Assembly (NCBI GenBank): GCA_965223905.1
Contig: CBDCXV010000010.1
Span: 1,056,001 to 1,120,000, forward strand
Direction: 5' to 3'
DNA: 64,000 nt
Source of the DNA: Candidatus Latescibacterota bacterium
Lineage (GTDB): Bacteria; Latescibacterota; UBA2968; UBA8231
Shown: piece by piece, positions 19,050-27,930 of the stretch
Position numbering within the stretch: the first letter of the stretch is position 1
Layout: every line of letters starts with the position of its first letter
Position numbers and translations under genes: made by a program
Notes under the pieces: model-generated
What the model was told of the DNA's origin: nothing
Databases searched by the model: none
What the model saw: the letters and a program-made list of their open reading frames with translations, nothing else

Positions 19050-20642
19050 ATGGCGAAACCGCGCATCATGTTCGACCACGACGGGCGGCACCCCCTCATC
19101 TACATGTACGAGCCGCCGATACGGAAAGAGGAGCTGGAGGCCGCGGTCGACGAGCTGGTCGGCACTCCAGTAGAAGCGCTGATGCTGACCCTGGGGGACA
19201 TCCGCAGCCTCCTCTACGATTCGCAAGCCGGGGAGCTCTGGGGCAGGGACGTCGAGAAGTGGCCGCACCTGATCTGGCGGAGGGCCAACCAGAACTTCAC
19301 ATCCCTGATCGCCGGGGGGAACGATCCCTTGCGGGTGCTGTGCGAACGGGCGCACGCCAAGGGGATGCAGCTCTACGCAACCCTGCTGGTTCAGCAGGGG
19401 CCCAGGGAGCGCATGCTGAAGAGTTGGGAGGAGGAGGACTTCTCCGCCGACGACTGGCAGTTCAGGCTGCATCCGCTCGACATAGGCTCCAAAGGCGGGG
19501 TAGACCGCGATTGGCCGGGGTATCGCTGCCCGGACTTCGCACACCCCGAGGTTCGCTTTCGCACCCTGGCCGTTATCGAGGAGGTCATGGCCAACTACCC
19601 GGTAGACGGCTTCGAGCTGCAGCTGAACTACACTCCCTGGTACTTCCACCCGGACGAAACGGATGAGGGAAGGCCGATCATGACGGAGTGGATCGGACAG
19701 GTGCGCGAAGCGGTCAAGGCCGGCGGCGGCGATCGGGAGCTGGCCGTGCACGTGCCCGCGGACATCGAAAGGGGGAACGCCGTCGGCCTCGAGCCGCTGG
19801 AGTGGATGCGCCGGGGAATCGTCGATGCCGTGATCCCCGAGGCCTCCGGCATGGCGGACCCGTCCGCGGATTTCACTCCCTTCGTCGAAGCGGCGCGCGG
19901 CACCTCCTGCCGGGTGATCGCCGCCATCCAGAACCAGGTGAATTCCGACCGCATAGGCGAGGGCACGATCGCGATGATGAGGGCGGGGGCCTGCAACTTC
20001 TGGGCCCAGGGGATCGACGGACTCTACCTGGCGCACTGGTTCGGGAGCTGGCCGTACGAGGCGGAGTTCTACGAGAAGCTGCGCGAGATCGCCGACCCCG
20101 AGGTGATGGCGCCCAAGGACAAGTTCTACCGCATACCGGCGGCGATCGCAGCGCCGCCGAAGCCGGTGGTGCCGCCGCGGACTCCAGACCCGTTGCCCGC
20201 GGTGCTGCGGGAAGGGGCGCCCGTGCGGCTGGAGCTCGCCGCGAGCGACGACCTGCCGCGCTGGGACCGCGCCGGCAGGGTGCACGAGGTGCTCCTGCGG
20301 GTGCGGGTGGCGCAGGCGACGGAGCTGGACCGCATCCAGTTCGCGCTCAACGGCAGCGTCCTGCCGGAGGGGCTGCTGCGCCGGCTGAACCAGATGTACG
20401 TCATGTCGGCGCCGCGGTACCGGGCGACCGGGTACTGGTTCATTTTCCGGCTCGACCGGGAGCATTGGCCGCTCCGGGGCAGGAACGTCCTGGAAGTGAC
20501 CCTGGTGCGCCGCGACCCGGGGGTGATACCGGAAGCGAGCGTCCGCGACGTCGAGATGGAAGTCAAGTACCTGCAGGGGAAGAGCTTCCATCGGGACTTC
20601 GTCGACGCCGATCTCGGCCCCTGGGAGCGCAAGGTCACCTGA
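19050..20642 (+). CDS. GHL10/DUF187-like TIM-barrel glycoside hydrolase-like protein
   Basis: DPLRVLCERAHAKGMQLY, DFAHPEVR, NYPVDGFEL, GIDGLYL. Confidence 0.7.
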   Translation: MAKPRIMFDHDGRHPLIYMYEPPIRKEELEAAVDELVGTPVEALMLTLGDIRSLLYDSQAGELWGRDVEKWPHLIWRRANQNFTSLIAGGNDPLRVLCERAHAKGMQLYATLLVQQGPRERMLKSWEEEDFSADDWQFRLHPLDIGSKGGVDRDWPGYRCPDFAHPEVRFRTLAVIEEVMANYPVDGFELQLNYTPWYFHPDETDEGRPIMTEWIGQVREAVKAGGGDRELAVHVPADIERGNAVGLEPLEWMRRGIVDAVIPEASGMADPSADFTPFVEAARGTSCRVIAAIQNQVNSDRIGEGTIAMMRAGACNFWAQGIDGLYLAHWFGSWPYEAEFYEKLREIADPEVMAPKDKFYRIPAAIAAPPKPVVPPRTPDPLPAVLREGAPVRLELAASDDLPRWDRAGRVHEVLLRVRVAQATELDRIQFALNGSVLPEGLLRRLNQMYVMSAPRYRATGYWFIFRLDREHWPLRGRNVLEVTLVRRDPGVIPEASVRDVEMEVKYLQGKSFHRDFVDADLGPWERKVT

Positions 20643-20715
20643 GGACCTCACCGGGCCGCCCCTATGGCCGGCGACCTGCAAAACCAGCAGAGATACCGAT
20701 CGAGGGAAGTCGACC

Positions 20716-22086
20716 ATGAAGCTGTGGATGGATGTAATGCGCGATCTCGAAAGCGTGATGAACGATCACGAACGCATACTCGATGCCTGGGCGGAGGGAG
20801 GCGTCGACGGGGTCGTGTTCGGTCCGCTGGTGTTCGGCACTTCGAAAATGTCGAAGGATGCAGTTTCCGCTCCCACCGGCGACGCCGTCGCGGAGGCGTA
20901 CGATCCGAACCCGGCTGTGTACGCGCGGCTCGGAGTCGAGCCGCCGCGGCCGCCGGAGCACAAGCTGCCGGAGAAACGGGTCCTGCTCGAAAAGACGATG
21001 AACGCCGCCAGGGACCGCGGCATGCAGGTCTACTGCATGTACGCCGACGGGGGCGCCGGCCCGGGGGGTCAGGGCCACCACCTGCACGACGACAGGACGC
21101 TGGCGTCGCGGGTGGCGCGCATGGTCGACACCCTCGAGCACTTCCCGATGGCGGACGGTGCCGTGATGGACGGGCCGGAGTGGGGGTACGAAATCGCTCC
21201 CCATCACATGAATCACCGCTCCTACTTCTTTCACGACCTGCCGGAATCCGCAGCGCCGATGGCCGCCGATCTGGGGTACGACTACGAGGCCATGGTGGCG
21301 GCGAAAGACAGGCTCCTGTCCCTGTTCCACAACCTCGACCCGGTGCGCATTCGCGGCCACGCGCGCGGCGGCCTGGTCGGAGCCCACCGCATGCTGGGAG
21401 CCGACCCCGACCTGATGGCCTGGCTGTCGTTCCGGGCAGACTCGCTGACGCGCTATTTCCGGCGCATCCGCGAAGGCGTCGCCGCCGAGCTGGAGCGCCC
21501 GGTACGCCTGGGATGCGGCCCCCGCTCTGCCGCCTTCGCCCCTTTGTGCGGGTACGACTTCGTCGACCTTGCACGGTTCATGGATTTCCTCCTGCCGAAG
21601 CACTACTTCTTCCAGCGCGGCTTCGATGGCTTCCTCGGCACGGTATATCGCTACTCGCAGACCCTGCTGGAGTGGAATCCGGGGATCTGCGTGGCCGACA
21701 CCCTCGATGTCGTTGAGGCTCTCTTCGGTATCGTCCTGCCGGGCGTAGGCGATGACATGCTGGACTTCGAGAGCGCCCTCAATCCGGAGTTTTTCGAGCA
21801 GGTGGTAACGCAGGAGACGCGACGGGCGCTGGCATCGGTCGACGATCCGGAGCGCATCGTGCCCTGGCTGGACACCGGCCGCTTTCCCCACGACGGCGAC
21901 CCGATGTCGGCGCGCGACCTCAAGATGTTGCTCGACGCCGCGGAGGCCGCCGGGCTCAGGCGCTTCAACTACCACCACCAGGGCAATCTCAGCCCGGGGG
22001 AATGGGTGGTAATCAGCGACAGATGCGGAACCCGATGGGACCCGCGCAAGAGCGACTACGAGCCCCCGGACGAGCTGGTGTTGTAA
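20716..22086 (+). CDS. Hypothetical protein, probable TIM-barrel
   Basis: Long ORF with host-like codon usage and an RBS; ADGAVMDGPEW segment. Confidence 0.65.
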   Translation: MKLWMDVMRDLESVMNDHERILDAWAEGGVDGVVFGPLVFGTSKMSKDAVSAPTGDAVAEAYDPNPAVYARLGVEPPRPPEHKLPEKRVLLEKTMNAARDRGMQVYCMYADGGAGPGGQGHHLHDDRTLASRVARMVDTLEHFPMADGAVMDGPEWGYEIAPHHMNHRSYFFHDLPESAAPMAADLGYDYEAMVAAKDRLLSLFHNLDPVRIRGHARGGLVGAHRMLGADPDLMAWLSFRADSLTRYFRRIREGVAAELERPVRLGCGPRSAAFAPLCGYDFVDLARFMDFLLPKHYFFQRGFDGFLGTVYRYSQTLLEWNPGICVADTLDVVEALFGIVLPGVGDDMLDFESALNPEFFEQVVTQETRRALASVDDPERIVPWLDTGRFPHDGDPMSARDLKMLLDAAEAAGLRRFNYHHQGNLSPGEWVVISDRCGTRWDPRKSDYEPPDELVL

Positions 22087-22823
22087 GGGGCTGCTCCTCC
22101 TTGGCTCGCCGCCGTGACGGGCGACGCGCGCAACTCGCCGCAGGATCCCGACGTGGCCGGCGTGATGTCAACGTCCGCTTGGACCAGCGAGATTACCGTC
22201 GCATCGAAGCATTTCTGATCAGCTTCAACGGAAGCTTCGAAAAGTCAGACCGAAAGCGTCAGGCGGAGACCGGCGGCCTGTCGTTTGGCAACATTGTATG
22301 CCAGGTATGCCAGTTTTCGGTATGCCAGTTTTCGGTGATTGCGAAGATGCTGGTGTCGCGCCCCACGGATAACCAGATAGAATCCCGGCTTTGAGACGGG
22401 ATGGGTCGGCGTCGGAAATTGCAAGGTCTTCCCGGGACGCGACACTAGCAGTCGGTAACCCCCCAGGGAACGCTTGCCCGTTTCTGACGGCCGGTGCTAT
22501 ATTCCAACATCTTGTAACATCTTATAAATTCTGAATTTGCCCGATGGCAGGCGCCCCTTTCGAGCGCCGCCGACTGCGCCCAACCCCCAAGGGCGCCGGA
22601 TTTCCCCTCCCCCTCTCCACAGACTCTCCACCCTGCAACGGGTGCGGCGGCTACGCTCGCCGCGAAAGGTGACGTCACGCCGGGAAGAACCCGTCTTGCG
22701 GGTTGCCGCGCAGGAGGCAGGCAGGATGTGCCTGCACGCCGGGGGTCCGGTGATGAGAGCAATCATCGCCAACTCGTTCGAAAGCAGAATAATCTGGAAG
22801 AGAATACAACTGAAAGACCGGTC

Positions 22824-23954
22824 ATGATTCTGGATATACGACATCTGCAATTGGCTCCGGACGCCGAGGATCCACCGGAGGCCGGACAGGAGAAAGCGGA
22901 ACCGCAGGCGGCTGAGAACCCCAAGGCTCCGGAGTCGTCTTGCAGCCCCGATCTGGAGGATCTGCTGAATGCGGCATGCAGCGAAGACGCCGGCGAGCGA
23001 GCGGAGGCGATCGCGCAGCTGCGGGCCCTCGTCCCCAGCAGGGAAGGGGCCGATTACCTGGGCGGAATCGTCGAGGACGCGGCCGATACGCGACGGCTGA
23101 CCGCGGCTCAATTGCTCGGGTTCCACCGCGGCTGGCTGGCCGCCCGGTCGGGGGCGGAGCGGTTGACCGGGTGGGTCCGGAACGAAACCGACCCCGAAGT
23201 GGGCCGCGCCCTCGTCTGGGCCCTGCGCGGCAGGACTGAGGTGAGGGAGTTTCTCCTCCACCGCGTCCCCGGAATTGCCCGCGAAGCGGCCCTGGGACTG
23301 CCGGTCAGAAAGGAGACGGCGCCGGCCCTGGTCTCGGCCGTGCTGGCCGGCTGTGCCCGCGATGTCGAAACCATCCTGCTCGACAAGCTGAGGACGGCAC
23401 CGGGCTCGTTGGCTGCGACGATATCGGAACTGGTCGTCGAGTGGGTGGGATCGGCCAGCGAGGAGGCGATTCTCGCCCTGGTCGCCTGCCTGCCGCAGGT
23501 GGAAATCTTCGAGCATTTCGTCGAAAAACGAGGCGTGCCGACCTTCGATCCGCGGGCCGGCGAAGAGGCGACCGAAATGCTGCGAAGATGGCATCGACTG
23601 GCCAGGATGGTGGAGACGGCGATGCTGGAAGAGCCGTCGGCAGAGCTGGTGCGCCATCTTGTCGGACGCTGCGCCCGCGACGACGCCTTTGCCCGCCGGC
23701 ATGCTTCGTTCCTCACCGCGGCGATCGCCAACACCGGGGCGACGTTCGGCAGCGAGCTGCTCAGGGATCTCGAGCGCCTCGCGATCGCGGCGAGCGAGGA
23801 GCGACTGGTGAAGATGGCGGGGATGCTGCTCGAGCTGAAGGCCCGGCTCGACAGGCGGGCGGAACCGGAGGCCGAGGAGTTGCTCGAGGGGTGGAAGGGA
23901 AGATCGCCGGCGCTAAAGCTCAAGATCTATCACATGCAGCAAGGTCTCGACTAG
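22824..23954 (+). CDS. Hypothetical HEAT-like helical-repeat protein
   Basis: ERAEAIAQL, RRLTAAQLLG and ETDPEVGRALVWAL repeats. Confidence 0.6.
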   Translation: MILDIRHLQLAPDAEDPPEAGQEKAEPQAAENPKAPESSCSPDLEDLLNAACSEDAGERAEAIAQLRALVPSREGADYLGGIVEDAADTRRLTAAQLLGFHRGWLAARSGAERLTGWVRNETDPEVGRALVWALRGRTEVREFLLHRVPGIAREAALGLPVRKETAPALVSAVLAGCARDVETILLDKLRTAPGSLAATISELVVEWVGSASEEAILALVACLPQVEIFEHFVEKRGVPTFDPRAGEEATEMLRRWHRLARMVETAMLEEPSAELVRHLVGRCARDDAFARRHASFLTAAIANTGATFGSELLRDLERLAIAASEERLVKMAGMLLELKARLDRRAEPEAEELLEGWKGRSPALKLKIYHMQQGLD

Positions 23955-24127
23955 TGCCTGCTAGTGCCTGCGCGCGTAACGCGCGTAAGTAGACGTACGA
24001 ACGAGGGCGAGGACCAACTACGTCCTTGCGCCGATGCGCCCGGCTCGCAAGGCGCCCTGAGCGAGTCGTACCGGGGGTGTACGGCGAGCGAAGGCAACGC
24101 CGCTGTCGGGAACAGTGGAAAAAATGA
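23951..24127. mobile_element. MITE-like element copy 2, right end cut by ISL3
   Basis: Starts with CTAGTGCCTG (duplicated); the core CCCGGCTCGCAAGGCG...GTACGGCGAGCGA.GGCAACGCCGC is shared with 12639-12703. Confidence 0.65.
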
Positions 24128-25570
24128 GGCTCGTCAGTAGAATTGGTGGGTGAATTGGGGTTCGGGTAAATCGCCAAGCTGATGAAATGAAGCGATTTGG
24201 AGTGCCTTGAAGGTGCGGAATCCGAAGGCTTTTCTCACCGTCAGATTCCATTTCAGGTTCAAGCCCTCGACCATGCCGTTGTTGAACTGCTTGTGAGCCC
24301 GGAACCAATTGAGGAGGAGCTCTTGATGGCGGCGCAGCATCTTGGCGACGTCTTTCATCGGTTCGATGGTGCTTCGCATCGTGCGGAAACACCAGCGGTG
24401 GAGGAAGTTCTCTGCCCAGGCGGGGTAGGTGTAGTCCCAAAAGCGCTGGAAGTCCTCCTTCAGCAGGTAAGCTTTGACGGTGCGCAGGTTCATCTTCAAG
24501 AGCTCGGACAGCTTCAAGTCCTGGGTGTCGGTGAGGTTCTCCTTGCGCTTGAGGAAGCACCAGCGGCTCTTGCACAGGACGGGATCCTGGCCCTCCTCTT
24601 TGAGTCTGCGGGTCTCTTCGGCACGGACTTTGTCGAGGGCCTTGCTGAAGTGCTGCATGAGGTGAAAGCGGTCGAGAATGTGGACCGCCGCCGGGAGCCG
24701 ATTGCCGATGACGGTGAGGTAGGCTTTCCAGATATCTGAGCAGATGACGGCGATCTGGCCCAGGAAACTGGTCGGCTCCTTCTCGCCGGCCGCTTCTTGC
24801 TTGCGCTGGTGCTCTTGCTCCAGTTCGGTAAAGCCGTCGTCCAAGGTCTGCTTCGTCCGCTTTTGGCCCATCCACAACAACCGGCGGCGGTGCGTGTCGA
24901 TCTGGTACAGCAGGGTCAGATAATGATGGCCCTTACCAAACTGAATTTCATCCACGCCGAGGGCGGTGACTTGGTCGAGGCGGCGATGGGTGAGCCCATA
25001 GTCCACGACGTACTGGACGGAATGGTAGACCTTGTCCCAGCTGGTCCGGAAGGAGCGCGCCACCTCCGTCCACGACAGCTTTTTGGCCCACCGCGCCAGG
25101 AAACACCGGTAGATGTCGGTCAGGTGGTGCTTGCCCGTGCTCCAGGGGACCTTCTCGACGACCACCCGGCCGCAGCCTTTGCAGGCAACCCGGCGCATCC
25201 GATACACCAGAAAGACCGGGAATCCCCACAGCGGAACAAACTCGAACCGCCGTGCAGCGGTGGCCGTGTCATAGGTCGGGGACAACTGACCGCAGCCGCT
25301 GCACTGGGCCCTGGAGTTCTTTCGGGGCCTCAGGCGCACCATGATCCTTCCGTGCTCGTCAAAGCCACTCTCTTCAAACACAAACCGCTTGAATTTCGTG
25401 CACCGGTTCAGTACCGTGATCAGGCGCATCATTCCCACCAGGGTAAGTCGGGATCGGTCTTCGGCGACTGTCCCAACATACCGGGGATGATGCGCCTGGG
25501 CTATCCTCGGCTTCCTCTATGCCCATCAGCGCTCGCGGGCCCTTTCACCCACAGATTCTGCGGAGGAGCC
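24128..25570 (-). mobile_element. ISL3-family insertion sequence
   Basis: Ends GGCTCGTCAGTAGAATTGGTGGG and CCCACAGATTCTGCGGAGGAGCC form an imperfect IR with typical GGCTC termini. Confidence 0.93.
24134..25438 (-). CDS. ISL3 transposase
   Basis: Zn finger (CSGC...CKGC), LGVDE, CSDIW, DRFH, NGMVEGLN..W...RKAFGFR. Confidence 0.95.
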   Translation of the reverse strand: MGMMRLITVLNRCTKFKRFVFEESGFDEHGRIMVRLRPRKNSRAQCSGCGQLSPTYDTATAARRFEFVPLWGFPVFLVYRMRRVACKGCGRVVVEKVPWSTGKHHLTDIYRCFLARWAKKLSWTEVARSFRTSWDKVYHSVQYVVDYGLTHRRLDQVTALGVDEIQFGKGHHYLTLLYQIDTHRRRLLWMGQKRTKQTLDDGFTELEQEHQRKQEAAGEKEPTSFLGQIAVICSDIWKAYLTVIGNRLPAAVHILDRFHLMQHFSKALDKVRAEETRRLKEEGQDPVLCKSRWCFLKRKENLTDTQDLKLSELLKMNLRTVKAYLLKEDFQRFWDYTYPAWAENFLHRWCFRTMRSTIEPMKDVAKMLRRHQELLLNWFRAHKQFNNGMVEGLNLKWNLTVRKAFGFRTFKALQIASFHQLGDLPEPQFTHQFY

Positions 25571-26162
25571 AAAAATTGAATAAGGCACCTCTGCTCTTCT
25601 TGATTTTATCAGGCTTAGGTTCTTTTGCACGAGCATAGGCTTTGAGGATGATGTCCACTGGAAATTTCCTGCAGTAATTCTTGTAAAGACGAAGATTCTT
25701 CATGTCATCCAATCCATCCGCGATTCGGTATGCCAGCTGATTCTCTGGGGTAGATGACTCGGTGTCCCCATTCTTGCTGTGGACATCCCTGCGATCGCTA
25801 TCGCCAGTATATAAATCAGGAGAAGAAGAATAGCTATCGTAGGGAATTGGTACAGCGATTTTTGCGACAGCGATTTCCGTTGGGGACAACGATTCCCCTG
25901 TGTTTTTCGGGATTTCATAGATGGACAAGCGTGATTGATTGAAACCTCGGCGATACCCAATCTTACCCTGCTTTGTCAAGCTCAACACAGCCCTGTTCGT
26001 GGTGTTCACCGAGAGCCTGCAGTGCTGGGCAAGTTTGCGCATGGACAGCATGAACCTGCCGCCAGCTCCTCCGCACAGGCTTTCCAAGGTCCAATACACC
26101 ACTGCTTCTGATGGACGTTCAAAGTGCGGCAATGCTTTGGATTGTGATTGCGATTGCTTCAT
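25571..26162 (-). pseudogene. wHTH replication-initiator-like protein, C-terminus truncated by ISL3
   Basis: N-terminal wHTH (SMRKLAQHCRLSVNTTNRAVLSL..QGKI); C-terminal helical domain ending KSRGALFNF at the IS end; ATGA-coupled to the XRE gene. Confidence 0.6.
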
Positions 26163-26461
26163 GCTGAATGAGATGAATGCTCGTCTTGGCGCTTCTGGAA
26201 CAGCTCCACGCGCCTGCGGCCCACTGGGTCATAGATTTCATCAAACAAGCGCGGATAAATATCCCTGATTGGCCGTTGCAAAGCTGCCTCCAGCTTTATC
26301 ACGGTCTTGATGGATGGCAGTTTGCGGCCTGCCTCCATATGAGAAAGAGAGCTGACGCTTTCGTAGCCCATAATGCGCGCCAGTTCCCGCTGTTTCAGTC
26401 CCTTTTCCTTGCGTAATTGCCGAATTCGGTTTGGGTACCGAGTAGATGATGATCCCTCCAT
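26159..26461 (-). CDS. XRE-family HTH regulator
   Basis: NRIRQLRKEKGLKQRELARIMG...LSHMEAGRKLPS. Confidence 0.9.
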   Translation of the reverse strand: MEGSSSTRYPNRIRQLRKEKGLKQRELARIMGYESVSSLSHMEAGRKLPSIKTVIKLEAALQRPIRDIYPRLFDEIYDPVGRRRVELFQKRQDEHSSHSA

Positions 26462-26749
26462 AGGATTATTGTATCGTGAGAATACGATTACTGCTGATAC
26501 GCTTTACAATACCAAACCCACCACCCTATCCAAGCGGGGCTGAGTTGTTTCAGGAGATACATTAGAGGAAACATGAATTCCAGATAAATAAGAGATGAAA
26601 TAGTCTTCAAGAGAGAGATGCCAAGTTGTGATTGATATACCCGCAGTTTCCTGTGAGCCTATCAATCGATATCACCCTGGTTGTCCACAGTTATTGATGC
26701 GGTTGAGCGAAAGCCGAGCTGTAAAGGTCATCTATTGCGGCTCTGCGCG

Positions 26750-27463
26750 TCATACGACAACACTACCTTCATATACTTTCAACGTGCATCCGATGTCTTT
26801 GGCAATAGAGGACGCCAACTTTTCATACTGTCTTGGGACTACTATGAAGTCTATATCTTCATTGGAAAATCTCAACGCGTAACAGATGTCCTTAGCATGG
26901 CCGGAAACATTGTCAAGAGTAATATCTCCCACTTTGGCATCATTCAGTTTGAAATTATCTCCCTTCATTCTCACATCAATAGGCAAACGCCATTCGCGCT
27001 GGTCGTAATTAGGAATTTCGTTACCGCACGTGTCCGTGTGGCTATACTCCTGTAGAAGAGCGAGTGCAAGTAAGAGAGCGTTCACTTGGTCTGCAGTGAT
27101 ATCTGTTTCATTCCACCCTGAATCCACTTCCTTGTCGTGCATTTACGCCGCAACTTTAAGCAGTGGATTGAAAACATCTTTAAGAGCCGCACAACTCACG
27201 TATGCGACTGGACGGACACCGTATTTGTACAGAGTTTCACGATTGAAACCGATTCCTATTTTGCCAAATTTCTGACAGATGAAACGGCAATCCTGCAGCG
27301 GTATCTCCGTGAAACACACCATGCGTATTTTGTACTTCGGATTCCCTCTGAAACGGTCTGCGTACGTGAGGCGCAATAAACGCGACTTGCATATGTTTCG
27401 GAGAACGTCAAGGGCTTCTGCTTCGGTTTTCCCGCGACCTGTCCAGTGAATCAATTGTCCCAT
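26750..27463 (-). pseudogene. AbiGi-like protein split by one in-frame TAA (27143-27145)
   Basis: LIHWTG, MVCFTEIPL, FGKIGIGF...GVRPVAY precede the stop; YDQREWR and LRFSNEDIDFIVVP follow it in the same frame. Confidence 0.7.
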
Positions 27464-27564
27464 GATTTCGGCTCCGAGTTTGTGGTTTAATTAGTCTAAT
27501 AGAGTGTCCCTTCTGGCAACATCACCCCCATTGCCCGCACCCGCCCGCCCGATATCATAAAGGC

Positions 27565-27759
27565 ATGCAGCTTACCCAAGAAGCGCTCAACGAATTCAAA
27601 CAGATCTACCGCGAAGACCTCGGCATCAACCTTACCAATGAGGAGACGCTGGGCCTGGCCACTTCCTTTTTCAATCTCATGCAAGCCGTCTACCGTCCCC
27701 TTCCAGACGACGAATCCTATAGCGAAGATTGCACCCCCGACCAAGACGTGGTAGACTGA
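27565..27759 (+). CDS. Small helical protein upstream of the serine recombinase
   Basis: MQLTQEALNEFKQIYREDLGINLTNEE...LMQAVYRP resembles small genes I recall preceding this recombinase type. Confidence 0.7.
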   Translation: MQLTQEALNEFKQIYREDLGINLTNEETLGLATSFFNLMQAVYRPLPDDESYSEDCTPDQDVVD

Positions 27760-27930
27760 CCCCGTTGACCCGTCCACAGAGCAACCCGTAAGATTTTTGG
27801 TTCGCATTGCTGGCCCCAAAGGGGCGGTCTGCCAACAATACAACTCCTTACGGGGCGCGTGGGTTGGGTCAACCAGGCGCTCCTTTTGGTTTACCGTCCG
27901 AAGCTTCAGCAAGGACGGCTCCTCATCACT

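Noticed and set aside
2172-21978. Long antisense or alternative-frame ORFs (e.g. 2172-3974, 8464-9495, 18609-20717, 20662-21978)
   Set aside because: They are shadows of real genes in high-GC DNA, Arg/Pro/Gly-rich and without motifs.
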